Shown piece after piece: positions 43,337 to 53,236 of a DNA stretch of 64,000 nt. This DNA comes from Escherichia coli (GTDB lineage Bacteria > Pseudomonadota > Gammaproteobacteria > Enterobacterales > Enterobacteriaceae). The position numbers were made by a program, and so were the translations under genes. The notes below the pieces were generated by a model that saw only the letters and a list, made by a program, of their open reading frames with translations, was not told the DNA's origin and did no database searches. The stretch is from NCBI RefSeq assembly GCF_050320075.1, contig NZ_CP190018.1; one strand, given 5' to 3'. The stretch's first letter is position 1; each line of letters begins with the position of its first letter.

Positions 43337-44100
43337 ATCAGCTCCTTTGCACGGAAATAATGCCACAGTCACAACAAACCCGAACCCACTATAATTTATT
43401 TATGCTAAATCAATGGGTTGTAACAAAATTTTTAATGAATATAAAACCATGGTCAGTCCATGCTTATATGCAGGACTTATCACCTTCTTATTAAGTCGCA
43501 ATGTCTCATGGAGGTGCGAAGATGCTGCAATATTACAGGCGAGAAGGGGAACCAAATTTTGCCCACCTATTTAACACACCCCTACATTATGAACAAGGAA
43601 TTTAGGATTTTTATCATTTATTAAAATGTTTCCTACTTGACTATTAAGACCAAAAACAATTTATCAATTGATTATTTCCTTGTAAAAAAAGAACGTATGA
43701 CTATGTTATTAATAAATAAAACACGCAAATAATGGTGATGTTGTTTTGTGATTAACTATTTAAGTGCGGCATAATAAACAGGTTGACAATTTCTATGTAA
43801 AGAAGAGGAAAATAATAAAATTTTAGCGGTGACTATTGAATGATATGATAGTTGTGGTGTTGATTATTTCTGGTAATGAATGCGGAATTAAATCTGGCCG
43901 GATTGTATTTTTTCTATATCTATTTTTCAGGAGATTATTATTAAATAGAAAAATAACAATGGTGATTATCTCCGGTTGAGCTGGAGTCACGTATGCCAGC
44001 GAGTGCTTTCTTCCGGGCCTTCCTTCACTTCAGAGAAAGAGCCTATGGAAAAGAGGCAATCATCAGGCTCTTTTTGAGTCATATGCGCCGATAATCAACT
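43337..44100 (-). promoter_or_regulatory. kps region-1 promoter region upstream of kpsF
   Basis: About 750 bp very AT-rich non-coding DNA upstream of kpsF; no site mapped. Confidence 0.5.
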
Positions 44101-44129
44101 GTCTTGAACGTAAAAATTATGGAGCAACA

Positions 44130-44345
44130 TGATGCTACGATTCATTTCACTCTTCGTTCTTTCTGAGCATTGCGTTCAGGATGGTCAGCAATTTACGCAT
44201 ACAGTCAACCAGCGCCACTTTTTTGGTTTTTCCGGCTGCTGGCAGATGCATGTAAAACGCCTCTTTCACCGGATTAAACCAGGTTACCACAAGCGCTGCC
44301 ATGTGCAGGGCTGCTCTTGCCTCCGTACGCGCACTGGCGTCGTTC
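44130..44345 (-). pseudogene. IS110-family transposase 3' remnant (frameshifted)
   Basis: Minus-strand translation RAALHMAALVVTWFNPV.KEAFY..LPAAGKTKK then, in the +1 frame, VALVDCMRKLLTILNAMLRKNEE*, the typical IS110-family C-terminus; no N-terminal part. Confidence 0.55.
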
Positions 44346-44492
44346 GGCCAGCAGATATGTGTGGGATAACAGGGATGTTATGTGAACTGAACTGTGTTTT
44401 GTTAGCGGGGGATGTTTATTGATGATTCGGGAGTGTTTAAGACCTGATGGCGTTATGCTCCCAAGTTTATTTTATATAAAGATCCAAAAGCA

Positions 44493-44516
44493 AAAACCCG
44501 CCTTGTGGGCGGGTTC
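44493..44516 (-). terminator. intrinsic terminator downstream of the tRNA-Phe 3' end
   Basis: Minus-strand AACCCGCC-CACAA-GGCGGGTT followed by TTTGCTTTT, immediately 3' of the tRNA fragment. Confidence 0.75.
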
Positions 44517-44527
44517 TTAAGAATTAG

Positions 44528-44577
44528 TGGTGCCCGGACTCGGAATCGAACCAAGGACACGGGGATTTTCAATCCCC
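44528..44577 (-). tRNA. pheV: truncated tRNA-Phe ('pheV): 3'-terminal about 50 nt only (anticodon loop to CCA); island att-site repeat, not a functional tRNA
   Basis: Reverse complement matches the 3' half of E. coli tRNA-Phe through GGGGATTGAAAATCCCC...GGCACCA; the match stops where the D-arm/5' acceptor strand should be. Confidence 0.85.
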
Positions 44578-44670
44578 GTGTCATAAAATTCAGATAGTTA
44601 CGGGCATGTCAAGTTGTTGTTGAAGTCTTTCATGCGCATCCGATCACATAACTGTCGATAGGACGCAGAT

Positions 44671-45549
44671 ATGAAAATACTTCCCGTTGTCTCAACAAAA
44701 GGTGGCGAAGGTAAATCAACACAATCCGCTAACCTGGCTGGTTTTCTCGCCGATGCAGGTATCCGTACCCTGCTGATTGACGGAGATCATGCTCAGCCCA
44801 CGGCAAGCAACATCTTTCCGCTGACATATGAAGCGTCAGCCGGTCTTTTTGAGTTGCTGATGCGCACGGCTGACCTCAGTCATCCCGATAACATCATTTC
44901 CCGCACGGCTATCGACGGACTCGATCTGATAGTCTCCAATGACCCTCATGAGCAGTTAAAAACTGCGATGCTTCACGCCCCGGATGGTCGTCTGCGCCTC
45001 CGGAATGTCCTGCAGCATCCGCTTTTTCTGAACAACTACGATGTCATTGTAGTTGATTCTCAGGGAGCGCGTTCTGTCATGCTCGAAATGATTGTGCTGT
45101 CGGCCACTGATTCGGTTGTCGGGATGGTCAATCCGGTACTCCCTGATGTGCGCGAGTTTATTCGGGGCACTGTCAACGTTATGGAGAACCTGCTGCCTTA
45201 CCGGGAGCTGGGGATACCCCTGCCGAAAGTACGCACGCTGGTTAACTGCATGGATTATACGGCACTGGCCAGGAAGACGCTGGATGAGCTGGCCGGAATT
45301 ATTCAGACCGGTCGTTACAGCAGACAGTTACCTGAAGGTGCGGTTTCCCTTCTTTCCACACAGATTTACGACCTGAATATTTACAAACAGGGGCATGCGG
45401 CTGGTCAACCCGTACATCGTCTCGAAAAAGAATCCACACGTCGCAGTGATTCCGCGCTTGTCACGATGCACAGCCTGGCCTGTGAACTCTTTCCTGAGTG
45501 GAAACAGGCGTTTGACGGGCTGCTGGCGAACGGGGGAATACGTCAGTGA
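44671..45549 (+). CDS. parA: ParA/Soj-family partition ATPase (ICE)
   Basis: 292 aa; deviant Walker A STKGGEGKST; first gene inside the att repeat. Confidence 0.85.
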   Translation: MKILPVVSTKGGEGKSTQSANLAGFLADAGIRTLLIDGDHAQPTASNIFPLTYEASAGLFELLMRTADLSHPDNIISRTAIDGLDLIVSNDPHEQLKTAMLHAPDGRLRLRNVLQHPLFLNNYDVIVVDSQGARSVMLEMIVLSATDSVVGMVNPVLPDVREFIRGTVNVMENLLPYRELGIPLPKVRTLVNCMDYTALARKTLDELAGIIQTGRYSRQLPEGAVSLLSTQIYDLNIYKQGHAAGQPVHRLEKESTRRSDSALVTMHSLACELFPEWKQAFDGLLANGGIRQ

Positions 45550-45889
45550 TTCAGGTTAAGCGAGAACCATTTTGCCATGTTGCCATCCCCATCATGGTTG
45601 TTATCAATGCCGGACGGCAGTTGCTGATGATTTGTGTTCATAAGGTATTTCTCCTCGTAAACATGTTGATTATGAGCGCAAAGATGCTGTCCGTACCTTC
45701 TGACCGGGGTCGGCAAACTTACCGGTCGGAAAATGTACAGACAGTTATGGGCATTTTATGCCCTGCAACTGTTCGTCCGGCGCCCGTTTTCGTTTTTTTG
45801 CATGGCGGGTTTGCTGGTTATCTGTCGGGAAACAGGTACCGGGTACTGGCAATGGGTTGTCAAAGTCAAAGATATCTGGAGGTCAAAAT

Positions 45890-46615
45890 ATGAAGTTCTC
45901 TGCAAACTATTCTCCGGTTCCGGTGGTGTTAACCAGCCCGGAATCGCTGGATGAACTGATGCTGCTGATGACCCGACTTACCAGTGGATGCCGGGTGATG
46001 ATACCTGCGTTAAAGAATCCGATTGATGCTGTGCACGGTGGTTATGCATCAAGAATCTCACCTTCTCCTCACAGTGTTGTTTTTCGGAACAATTCCCGGT
46101 CTGTGGTCATGCTGGAGCTGAGAAACAGGGAACTGGCACGCGAATGGTTCAGGAAGGTCTGGATACCTTTGCATCTGGCCGCGATTGAGGGAGATGAGGA
46201 AGCGTTTTTCAGTGCGGGGGTCAACATGGTGCGCCGGGAGCTGCAGCGCGTTCCGGGGAATTCAGTGAACTGCATGTGCTGGGCAAGCCTTGTTGCACTG
46301 ACATTTGATGCTGAAGAGCGGGTGGAACTGCAGAAAGGCAATAATGAGAACATCGCAACATATAATGAGAGCATAGCAACATATGCATTCCGTGCGGCCT
46401 GCATTGTGAGTCGCTGTCTGAGCCGGAATGCTTCCAGAGGTATTCCGCGCTCATACCCTGAATGGAAAGCGATTTTGTTTCCCCGTGATGGTGCTGACAT
46501 TTTCCCCGACGGGTGGCTGGAAAATATGACCCGTCGGGCTGAACGTGTTTTTACGAGTGCGAAACGTCAGTGTGGAATGCTCTCAGCCAGTCACCGGGAG
46601 GTGGCGTATGTCTGA
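45890..46615 (+). CDS. hypothetical ICE protein
   Basis: Track ORF 45758..46615; start at MKFSANYSP after GGAGG; 8-nt overlap with the following helicase gene. Confidence 0.55.
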   Translation: MKFSANYSPVPVVLTSPESLDELMLLMTRLTSGCRVMIPALKNPIDAVHGGYASRISPSPHSVVFRNNSRSVVMLELRNRELAREWFRKVWIPLHLAAIEGDEEAFFSAGVNMVRRELQRVPGNSVNCMCWASLVALTFDAEERVELQKGNNENIATYNESIATYAFRAACIVSRCLSRNASRGIPRSYPEWKAILFPRDGADIFPDGWLENMTRRAERVFTSAKRQCGMLSASHREVAYV

Positions 46616-47996
46616 ACGCTATATTCCACGTTCCGTTGATGCAGAGCAGGCCGTGCTGGGCGGCCTGATGCTCGATAATGAACGCTGGGATGAGGTGGTA
46701 CTGATGCTCCGGGGGGAGGATTTTTCTCTGGCTGCACACAGGGTGATATTCCGCACCATGTCAGAGCTGGCAACCAGCGGTCAGCCGTTCGACCTCATCA
46801 CGCTGAGTGAGCATATTGAGAAAACAAACAATATTGAGGCACTGGGTGGTTTCGCTTATCTGGCTGAACTCAGCAAAAATACGCCTTCTGCAGCCAATAT
46901 TATCGCTTATGCCCGTATTGTTGCTGAAAAGAGCATGCTGCGTCAGTTGCAGGAGACGGGGAATGCGCTGATTACGGATGTGGCCGCACCGGATGCGACA
47001 CCACGCACTGTTCTTGAATCCGCTGAACGTCGGCTCTTTTCACTTTCACAGACTGGCATGTTGCATGAGCGATGTGAAGTCAGTCTCACCTCGGCTATGG
47101 AGCTGGCGCTGCGTCAACTGGAAGAGGGACTGAACGCCGGCGGGATGACGGGCACGCCCACGGGATTTGATGAACTGGATGAGATGACCTGTGGTCTGCA
47201 GCCCGGCGACCTCATTCTTCTGGCTGCACGCCCGTCTATGGGGAAAACAGCGCTGGGCCTTACCTTCTGTCTTAATGCCCTGTGTAACCGGACCGATGAA
47301 ACGGTATTTCTTTTCAGTATCGAAATGTCCCGGGAGCAGCTGATTCTGCGTGTCCTGTCAATGCTCTCCAGGGTGGAGCTGACACGTCTTCGCAGCAGCA
47401 TGATGGATGATGAAGAGTGGGCGAGAGTCACGGCAACCATGGGACGCTTCATGAATGAAGCGTCATTCATCGGAGATGGAAACCGCCTGATAATTGATGA
47501 CACCTCCTTCCAGACGCCGTCATCGCTGCGTGCCAGCGCCCGTCGTTATGTCCGTCTGTATGGCAGACCTTCCCTGATAATGGTTGATTACCTCCAGCTG
47601 ATTCGTTCTCCGGACCAGGAGAACCGAACGCAGGAAATTGCGGAAATATCCCGTGCCCTTAAGGCGTTAGGTAAAGAGCTGGGATGCCCGGTACTGGCAC
47701 TGTCTCAGCTTAACCGTCAGGTGGAGCAGCGGGCGGATAAGCGCCCCAATAACGGTGACCTGCGTGATTCCGGGGCGCTGGAGCAGGATGCTGACCTCAT
47801 TATGTTTATTTACCGTGACGAGGTTTATAACTCCGGCACGCTGGATAAGGGCGTTGCAGAAATCATTGTGAGCAAACAGCGGCAGGGACCAACCGGAACG
47901 ATACGGGTGAACTTCGACGGCCGCTACACCCTGTTTTCACCGTTTGAACGTGGATGGAATTTTGACCGTGCCGGAGGAAATGCGTATGTCAATTAA
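46608..47996 (+). CDS. DnaB-like replicative helicase (ICE-encoded)
   Basis: 462 aa from MSERYIPRSVDAEQAVLGGLML; Walker A ARPSMGKTA; DnaB N-terminal signature. Confidence 0.85.
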   Translation: MSERYIPRSVDAEQAVLGGLMLDNERWDEVVLMLRGEDFSLAAHRVIFRTMSELATSGQPFDLITLSEHIEKTNNIEALGGFAYLAELSKNTPSAANIIAYARIVAEKSMLRQLQETGNALITDVAAPDATPRTVLESAERRLFSLSQTGMLHERCEVSLTSAMELALRQLEEGLNAGGMTGTPTGFDELDEMTCGLQPGDLILLAARPSMGKTALGLTFCLNALCNRTDETVFLFSIEMSREQLILRVLSMLSRVELTRLRSSMMDDEEWARVTATMGRFMNEASFIGDGNRLIIDDTSFQTPSSLRASARRYVRLYGRPSLIMVDYLQLIRSPDQENRTQEIAEISRALKALGKELGCPVLALSQLNRQVEQRADKRPNNGDLRDSGALEQDADLIMFIYRDEVYNSGTLDKGVAEIIVSKQRQGPTGTIRVNFDGRYTLFSPFERGWNFDRAGGNAYVN

Positions 47997-49635
47997 ACGA
48001 AATCATTCCGTTGATCTGGGAGCTGCCATCATGCAACCGGGCCGTCAGGCCAGCACGACGGGTAACGTGGTGGCGCTGGGGGAAACACCGATGATTCTGA
48101 CGCTGGATCAACTGCGCCCCAACCCGGATAACCCGAGGACCACGCGTAATCCACGGTACGACGATATTAAAAGTTCCATTTTCTCCCGTGGACTGGATAC
48201 GGTGCCCAAAGTCACCCGGATACCTGAGAGTGAGCCGGATATCTATATTTTCAGCGATGGTGGTAACACGCGATATCAGATCCTGAAAGAGCTGTGGGAG
48301 GAGACCGGCGATCAGCGTTTCTACCGTATTCATGTGCTTTTCAAACCATGGCCGGGACGGCTTCAGTGCGTCATTGGTCACCTGGCTGAGAATGAGGTCA
48401 GGGGCGAACTGACGTTTATTGAAAAGGCCCGGGGTATCCATAAAGCACGGATGATTTATGAAGAGCAGTTAAGCAAAAGTGTGTCCATGCGAGAGTTGTC
48501 ATCCCTTTTGACTGAGCAGGGATTACCGGTGGATGCATCCAGTATCAGCCGTATGGAGAACACCCTGAAATACCTGTATCCGTGGATCCCCGAACTTCTG
48601 GAATCAGGATTAGGAAGACCACAGGTCAATTCACTGTTGTCTCTCCGGCAGGATGCGGAACGCATCTGGGGACAGTTTGCGGTGGCAACAGAGCACGGGG
48701 CGGATTTTGACCGCGTGTTTGGTGAATGCTGCAGCAAATTCAATTCACCGGAGCTCTGGTCACTGGAGATGTTCCGGGATGAGCTGATTGGTGATCTGCT
48801 GAAAGCGTTACCACATCCGGTGCTGGATTATGACCGCTGGTTGCTTGAACTGGATCCGCGCGAGCGTAACCGACGTCATCATTTTGGCGAACCTGAGCCG
48901 GTGCTCATTCCTGCAGACAGTGATGCGATGCCAGAGCCTGTGACTCACGGTGTGTCGGCAGTGACGGCGGAGAAAGACTGCGTAAGGGATCAGCCTGTGA
49001 TTTCCGCACCGGCTGACCATGACACCGTCATGAATACGGAGCAATCCCCGGCTGGAAAGGCGGAGAGTTCAGTTACTGAACAACGCGAAGAACGCCGCAG
49101 AAAGGAAGTCCAGCCGGATATGTATGGTGGTGAAGAAACATACAGTGGCGATTACGAAGAGGATGGCGATACCCGTGATGCTGTGGATCTGCCGGTAACG
49201 TCACCGGAAGAGGGGGCTCAGCAGAGCAGCGGTGAAATTTTCAGTGAGCCGGCATTCAGCGTCGGTGAACTGGATGATATCGAATATCTGCAGAATGAGG
49301 CATTTCACCTGGCATGGGAGCTGGCGTCACACACAGGCTGTGTCGATGAACTGGCTATGGACAGGGAAAGCGAACTGTCTGCGGGATTCTGCGCGGCAGA
49401 GGCGAATTGTTCTCCTGTCATGGCATTTCTTGTCAGGCTGACCGGTGAGGAGGTTCTGCGGGTTAATCCGGTTTCTCTTGATGCACTGCTGATTGGTGGC
49501 AGTACTGAAGAAGAGCCACCACTGCTGGATGATGAGCATGCCGGGAAGTTACTCCGTCTGCTTGGGGTGTTGCGTCGTCTGCGGGGGCTGCAGCGCCAGG
49601 TGGAAGAAGAGAACGTGGAGGGGCGTGATGAATAA
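47986..49635 (+). CDS. ParB-like nuclease-domain protein with long acidic C-terminal region
   Basis: 549 aa; ParB N-domain-like LDQLRPNPDNPR...IFSDGGNTRYQIL; follows parA/dnaB as in SPI-7-type ICEs. Confidence 0.7.
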   Translation: MSIKRNHSVDLGAAIMQPGRQASTTGNVVALGETPMILTLDQLRPNPDNPRTTRNPRYDDIKSSIFSRGLDTVPKVTRIPESEPDIYIFSDGGNTRYQILKELWEETGDQRFYRIHVLFKPWPGRLQCVIGHLAENEVRGELTFIEKARGIHKARMIYEEQLSKSVSMRELSSLLTEQGLPVDASSISRMENTLKYLYPWIPELLESGLGRPQVNSLLSLRQDAERIWGQFAVATEHGADFDRVFGECCSKFNSPELWSLEMFRDELIGDLLKALPHPVLDYDRWLLELDPRERNRRHHFGEPEPVLIPADSDAMPEPVTHGVSAVTAEKDCVRDQPVISAPADHDTVMNTEQSPAGKAESSVTEQREERRRKEVQPDMYGGEETYSGDYEEDGDTRDAVDLPVTSPEEGAQQSSGEIFSEPAFSVGELDDIEYLQNEAFHLAWELASHTGCVDELAMDRESELSAGFCAAEANCSPVMAFLVRLTGEEVLRVNPVSLDALLIGGSTEEEPPLLDDEHAGKLLRLLGVLRRLRGLQRQVEEENVEGRDE

Positions 49636-50359
49636 TGATGCAGCACGTCAGGAGCAACTGATTAAACGGATAAGAAAACTGCTGGCGCTGAGCCGGAATA
49701 ACAGTAATTCCCATGAGGCAGGTCAGGCTCTTTCCCGCGCACAGGCGCTGATGCGGAAGCATGGTATCACCGAACTGGATGCTGATATTTCGGTGATAAA
49801 AACCTCATCATCAAAGGGAGCACCGTCAGAAGCGGAAAAAGTTCCGGTATGGATGGGGCGCCTTATGAATGTTGTTGCAGGGGCATTCGGATGTCATACA
49901 TACCTGGATTGGCGTATCACAACCGGAGGATACTGGCGGCGGATTGTCACATTTTATGGTTTTGGGGAGCGTCCGGTTGTGGCGGCGTATGCCTTTGATG
50001 TTCTCTGCCGGCAGATGCAAAAGGCGACAAAAGAATATCTCTCAACCCAGAGCCGGAAATTAAAACAGTCAACCCGTCGTGCAAGAGCTGCGATGTTTCG
50101 TGACGGCTGGGTTTATGGGGTGCGTGATGTGGTGGATGTATTCCGGCTCACAGAAGATGAGACGTGTGTAATGAATACGTGGCTGCAGAACCAGCAATTT
50201 GAGGGAATGGTCGTCTTCCGGGAGGTAAAGGACTGCTATGGCGGTGACCATGCACGCTGGCAGGGATACAACGAGGGGAAAAAGGCAACGCTGCATCACG
50301 GTGTTGATTCCCGGGATCTGAGACCGGAAAGCCTGATATCGGGCGGAGGTGAGGTATGA
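49628..50359 (+). CDS. DUF2786-like ICE protein
   Basis: Start at MNNDAARQEQLIKRIRKLLAL; family assignment from memory. Confidence 0.6.
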   Translation: MNNDAARQEQLIKRIRKLLALSRNNSNSHEAGQALSRAQALMRKHGITELDADISVIKTSSSKGAPSEAEKVPVWMGRLMNVVAGAFGCHTYLDWRITTGGYWRRIVTFYGFGERPVVAAYAFDVLCRQMQKATKEYLSTQSRKLKQSTRRARAAMFRDGWVYGVRDVVDVFRLTEDETCVMNTWLQNQQFEGMVVFREVKDCYGGDHARWQGYNEGKKATLHHGVDSRDLRPESLISGGGEV

Positions 50360-50934
50360 GTAATAACTTGTCACAGGCCACCAACGGACTGTTGATGCAA
50401 CTGGTGATGGATCTCAAAAGTGGCTATCTGCGCCGCTGTGAAGCGCTGGGGCTTTCCCGGGAAGAAATGCAGATGCTGCAGGGGCTGAGTATTGAGGAAA
50501 TTCACTATCTGTCAAATTCAGAGGTGTCAGTGCTGCGGCTGGATATTAACCACAATAACCTTGTACGCATGCTGCAGCAGGCCAGGACTGAACAGAAACG
50601 CCTGCAGCGAATCGATCGCGCTCTGGCACTGGGGGGATCGATTGAGCTCATGGCGTTTTATTTTGGCCTTTCCAGTGTGGACGTTGCTGCACGGCGCCGT
50701 ATTTCAGGTATTGATGTGCGCCCGGGGCGGGGTATCACACTCAGCGATGATGAAAACTCTGAACTCTGGAGACTGTGGCAGAAAGCAGGGATTAACGATG
50801 TGGAGAGCGCTGACGGGCTGGATGTCATGATGCTCTGTGCAGAGCAGATGAATATCCCGCTCACAGCCGTCTGGCATGCTGTCCGGGGGTGGCATACAGC
50901 CGGAAGCCCTGAACAGGTAAGGAATGCGTCATGA
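50356..50934 (+). CDS. DUF2857-like (STY4526-type) ICE replication-region protein
   Basis: 192 aa; overlapping junctions; family from memory. Confidence 0.6.
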   Translation: MSNNLSQATNGLLMQLVMDLKSGYLRRCEALGLSREEMQMLQGLSIEEIHYLSNSEVSVLRLDINHNNLVRMLQQARTEQKRLQRIDRALALGGSIELMAFYFGLSSVDVAARRRISGIDVRPGRGITLSDDENSELWRLWQKAGINDVESADGLDVMMLCAEQMNIPLTAVWHAVRGWHTAGSPEQVRNAS

Positions 50935-51179
50935 AGATGAAAGAGCTGGTTCCCGGTCTGCTGAGCTGTCCCGGGGTACCGCCAGCCTGCCAGCGGAAGG
51001 CGGTGGACCTCGTTAACCGGTTTCGTCGCGGGGAGAGGAATTACCATGAACTGAAGGAAAAGGGATTCGGGTATATCAAGATTAATGTTGGTCCGGACTG
51101 GCGGTTACTGAGCAGGAACCGGGGACGAACCTGGGCACTGTTGAGTCACGAGCGATACAACAACATGAGGCTGAGGTAG
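50931..51179 (+). CDS. hypothetical small protein
   Basis: 82 aa; ATGA overlap with upstream gene. Confidence 0.5.
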   Translation: MKMKELVPGLLSCPGVPPACQRKAVDLVNRFRRGERNYHELKEKGFGYIKINVGPDWRLLSRNRGRTWALLSHERYNNMRLR

Positions 51180-51185
51180 AGAAAA

Positions 51186-51362
51186 ATGACTGATTTTGGT
51201 TCAACTAAATATAACGCCAGTTTTGAAGAATGGCATGAAGTGTTAATGGACTATGCCGGGTTACGTGGTGGAAGTGCCGCCGATGCCGAAGCATGGCGCG
51301 ATGACTATGAAGCTGGAAAAACGCCTGTCGAAGCATATTGCGATGAGTGGGGTGATGAATGA
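51186..51362 (+). CDS. small hypothetical protein (58 aa, MTDFGSTKYNASFEEWHEVLMDY...)
   Basis: Not in ORF track (<60 aa); GAGG 6 nt upstream of ATG; stop overlaps next ATG. Confidence 0.4.
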   Translation: MTDFGSTKYNASFEEWHEVLMDYAGLRGGSAADAEAWRDDYEAGKTPVEAYCDEWGDE

Positions 51363-51457
51363 GCAAGTATGAATGCGAGACGCTGGCAACTGAGAATGCG
51401 AAGCTGAAGACAGCACTCCCTCAACTGTTCGGGAAAGCTGAAGGAGCGACAAAATGA
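51359..51457 (+). CDS. small hypothetical protein (32 aa, MSKYECETLATENAKLKTALPQLFGKAEGATK)
   Basis: ATGA overlaps at both ends linking to neighbours. Confidence 0.3.
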   Translation: MSKYECETLATENAKLKTALPQLFGKAEGATK

Positions 51458-51675
51458 GCAAGCCAACCGACGAAGAAATAGTTCGGGTGTTGGAAGAACA
51501 CGGGCGCTGTATGACTTACGTCGTGACCAACTGGCTTAGGGATAAATATCGCACACTCAAAACGGCATACGTTTTGCGTCGTCTAAAGAAACTGGAGTTC
51601 GACGGGAAAGTAAAGCGTGTTACCAGTTCTTATATAAGACAAATTTGCTGGGAGGCAACCAGTGAGCAAGATTGA
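51454..51675 (+). CDS. hypothetical protein, possible winged-helix
   Basis: 73 aa; translationally coupled. Confidence 0.5.
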   Translation: MSKPTDEEIVRVLEEHGRCMTYVVTNWLRDKYRTLKTAYVLRRLKKLEFDGKVKRVTSSYIRQICWEATSEQD

Positions 51676-52261
51676 CTATCAGGCACTGCGTGATGTGGCA
51701 GTGAAAGCCGGTGAAGATAAGTGGCAGGCTAAAAAAATAAACGGTGATTTTTTCGTTATTCGTCAAGGTAGTTATACAAGACAGCATGGCTACACATCGT
51801 ATCAACCCATTGCGGAGATTGATTGTAAGCCAGTCCGGGATTTTGTTGCCAGGGCTAATCCGGCTACCGTGCTGGCTCTGCTGGATGAACTGGAAGCAGC
51901 AAAACAGCATATCGCCGAGTTGGAGTCTCGCATCGTCACCGCTGCCGCCGCTGACGTACTGGCTGAGCGCCAGCGTCAGGTCACCGTAGAGGGCTGGACA
52001 CCTGAACGTGATGATGAATACACCGATGGGGAACTTCCGAGGGCCGCGAGCTGTTATGCGCTAATGGCATGGCGCGAGGAGTGTCTGAGCGATGGTGAGT
52101 ATACCGCCAGCCAGAAAGCCATTCCGTATTACTGGCCATGGGATCCGGCATGGTGGAAACCCATCGACCCGCGGTGTGACCTGGTAAAAGCTGGCGCGTT
52201 AATTCTGGCAGAAATCGAACGCATCGACCGTGCCGCTGGCATTCGCACCAAAGGAGAGTGA
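51662..52261 (+). CDS. phage Ead/Ea22-like protein
   Basis: 199 aa; MSKIDYQALRDVA ... LDELEAAKQHIAELESRIV coiled coil ... AGIRTKGE ending, typical of lambdoid ea22-like genes (from memory). Confidence 0.55.
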   Translation: MSKIDYQALRDVAVKAGEDKWQAKKINGDFFVIRQGSYTRQHGYTSYQPIAEIDCKPVRDFVARANPATVLALLDELEAAKQHIAELESRIVTAAAADVLAERQRQVTVEGWTPERDDEYTDGELPRAASCYALMAWREECLSDGEYTASQKAIPYYWPWDPAWWKPIDPRCDLVKAGALILAEIERIDRAAGIRTKGE

Positions 52262-52262
52262 T

Positions 52263-52778
52263 ATGGCGTTAACACACCGCGAACTCTGTCAGATTGCGTA
52301 CAAGTTCCTTAAGCGCAACGGGTTCAAGGTTTGTTTTCATGACCGCTTTATAGCTGTAACCAGTACCGGAGAACAACCAGATGCTATGGGATTCAGAAAT
52401 TCAGCATCATGCCTGATAGAGGCGAAGTGTTCTCGTGCTGACTTGTTGGCAGACAGAAAAAAGCGTTTTCGTAAAAATCCGTCTCTTGGAATGGGCGACT
52501 GGCGATTCTTTATTAGTGAGCCGGGAATTATTTCAGTTGAGGATTTACCACCTGGCTGGGGATTACTTCACGTTGTTAACGGAAGAGTACGGAAAGTACA
52601 TGGGTGGCCCAGGGGTAATTGCTGTTGGGGTAATCCTGACGATAAGCCATTTACTGGAAATAAGCAGGTTGAATGCGATTACATGTTATCTGCATTAAGG
52701 CGAATGGAGTTGAGAGGGCACCTTAATGAAATATATGACGGTGTAATTGTTAATAAGAAAGAAGGAAACGCGGCATGA
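52263..52778 (+). CDS. putative PD-(D/E)XK-type nuclease (MmcB-like)
   Basis: Track ORF 52230..52778, start at MALTHREL; PDAMG...(x13)...IEAKC resembles a PD-(D/E)XK motif. Confidence 0.5.
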   Translation: MALTHRELCQIAYKFLKRNGFKVCFHDRFIAVTSTGEQPDAMGFRNSASCLIEAKCSRADLLADRKKRFRKNPSLGMGDWRFFISEPGIISVEDLPPGWGLLHVVNGRVRKVHGWPRGNCCWGNPDDKPFTGNKQVECDYMLSALRRMELRGHLNEIYDGVIVNKKEGNAA

Positions 52779-53188
52779 TCACTATTACCAAAGAGCGACT
52801 GCTGACAATCAAGCAGTGGCGCGAAACATACGGACCGGGTAGCAACGTTGTACTGCCAGCAGAAGAAGCGGAAGAACTGGCACGGATTGCACTGGCATCG
52901 CTGGAAGCGGAACCGGTGGCGTGGATGTGTGATGACGAAGATGGTCGTGAATATAACGGTCATAACGAGTTTTCTTATGGAAGACGCGGGATTCCCCTTT
53001 ACGCCGTCCCGCCAGCGCCGAATGGATTGGTTAAAGCCGTGGCTTTCTATGAGCAGGTTAAACGTGAAAATCCGCCAGTTGAAACGGGAGCATGGAAAGA
53101 TGCCGTTGACTGGGTGCTTAAACAAGCTTGTCAGTCTGTAAACACTGGCATCAATGAAAGAAGAACAATTGAAGAAAATGACGATTGA
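52775..53188 (+). CDS. hypothetical phage-like protein
   Basis: 137 aa; coupled. Confidence 0.5.
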   Translation: MITITKERLLTIKQWRETYGPGSNVVLPAEEAEELARIALASLEAEPVAWMCDDEDGREYNGHNEFSYGRRGIPLYAVPPAPNGLVKAVAFYEQVKRENPPVETGAWKDAVDWVLKQACQSVNTGINERRTIEENDD

Positions 53189-53236
53189 GCTGGAAGCTGC
53201 AAAAAAGCGCATTGCTGAACTGGAGGAGCGTCGGTC

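Noticed and set aside
44129..44422. 97-aa plus-strand ORF
   Set aside because: Lies antisense to the IS110-like transposase remnant in a decayed junction region; no RBS or conservation signal
44528..44577. Possibility that the tRNA-Phe match is a complete functional tRNA
   Set aside because: The match covers only the anticodon loop to the CCA end; the 5' acceptor strand and D-arm are replaced by unrelated sequence
45546..45954. Overlapping plus-strand ORFs (115 and 73 aa) in the parA-downstream spacer
   Set aside because: Mutually overlapping frames without RBS; the downstream gene has a better start at 45890
50931..51179. 82-aa ORF as a RelE/ParE-type toxin
   Set aside because: Only a vague resemblance in the C-terminal region and no adjacent antitoxin-like partner; left as hypothetical
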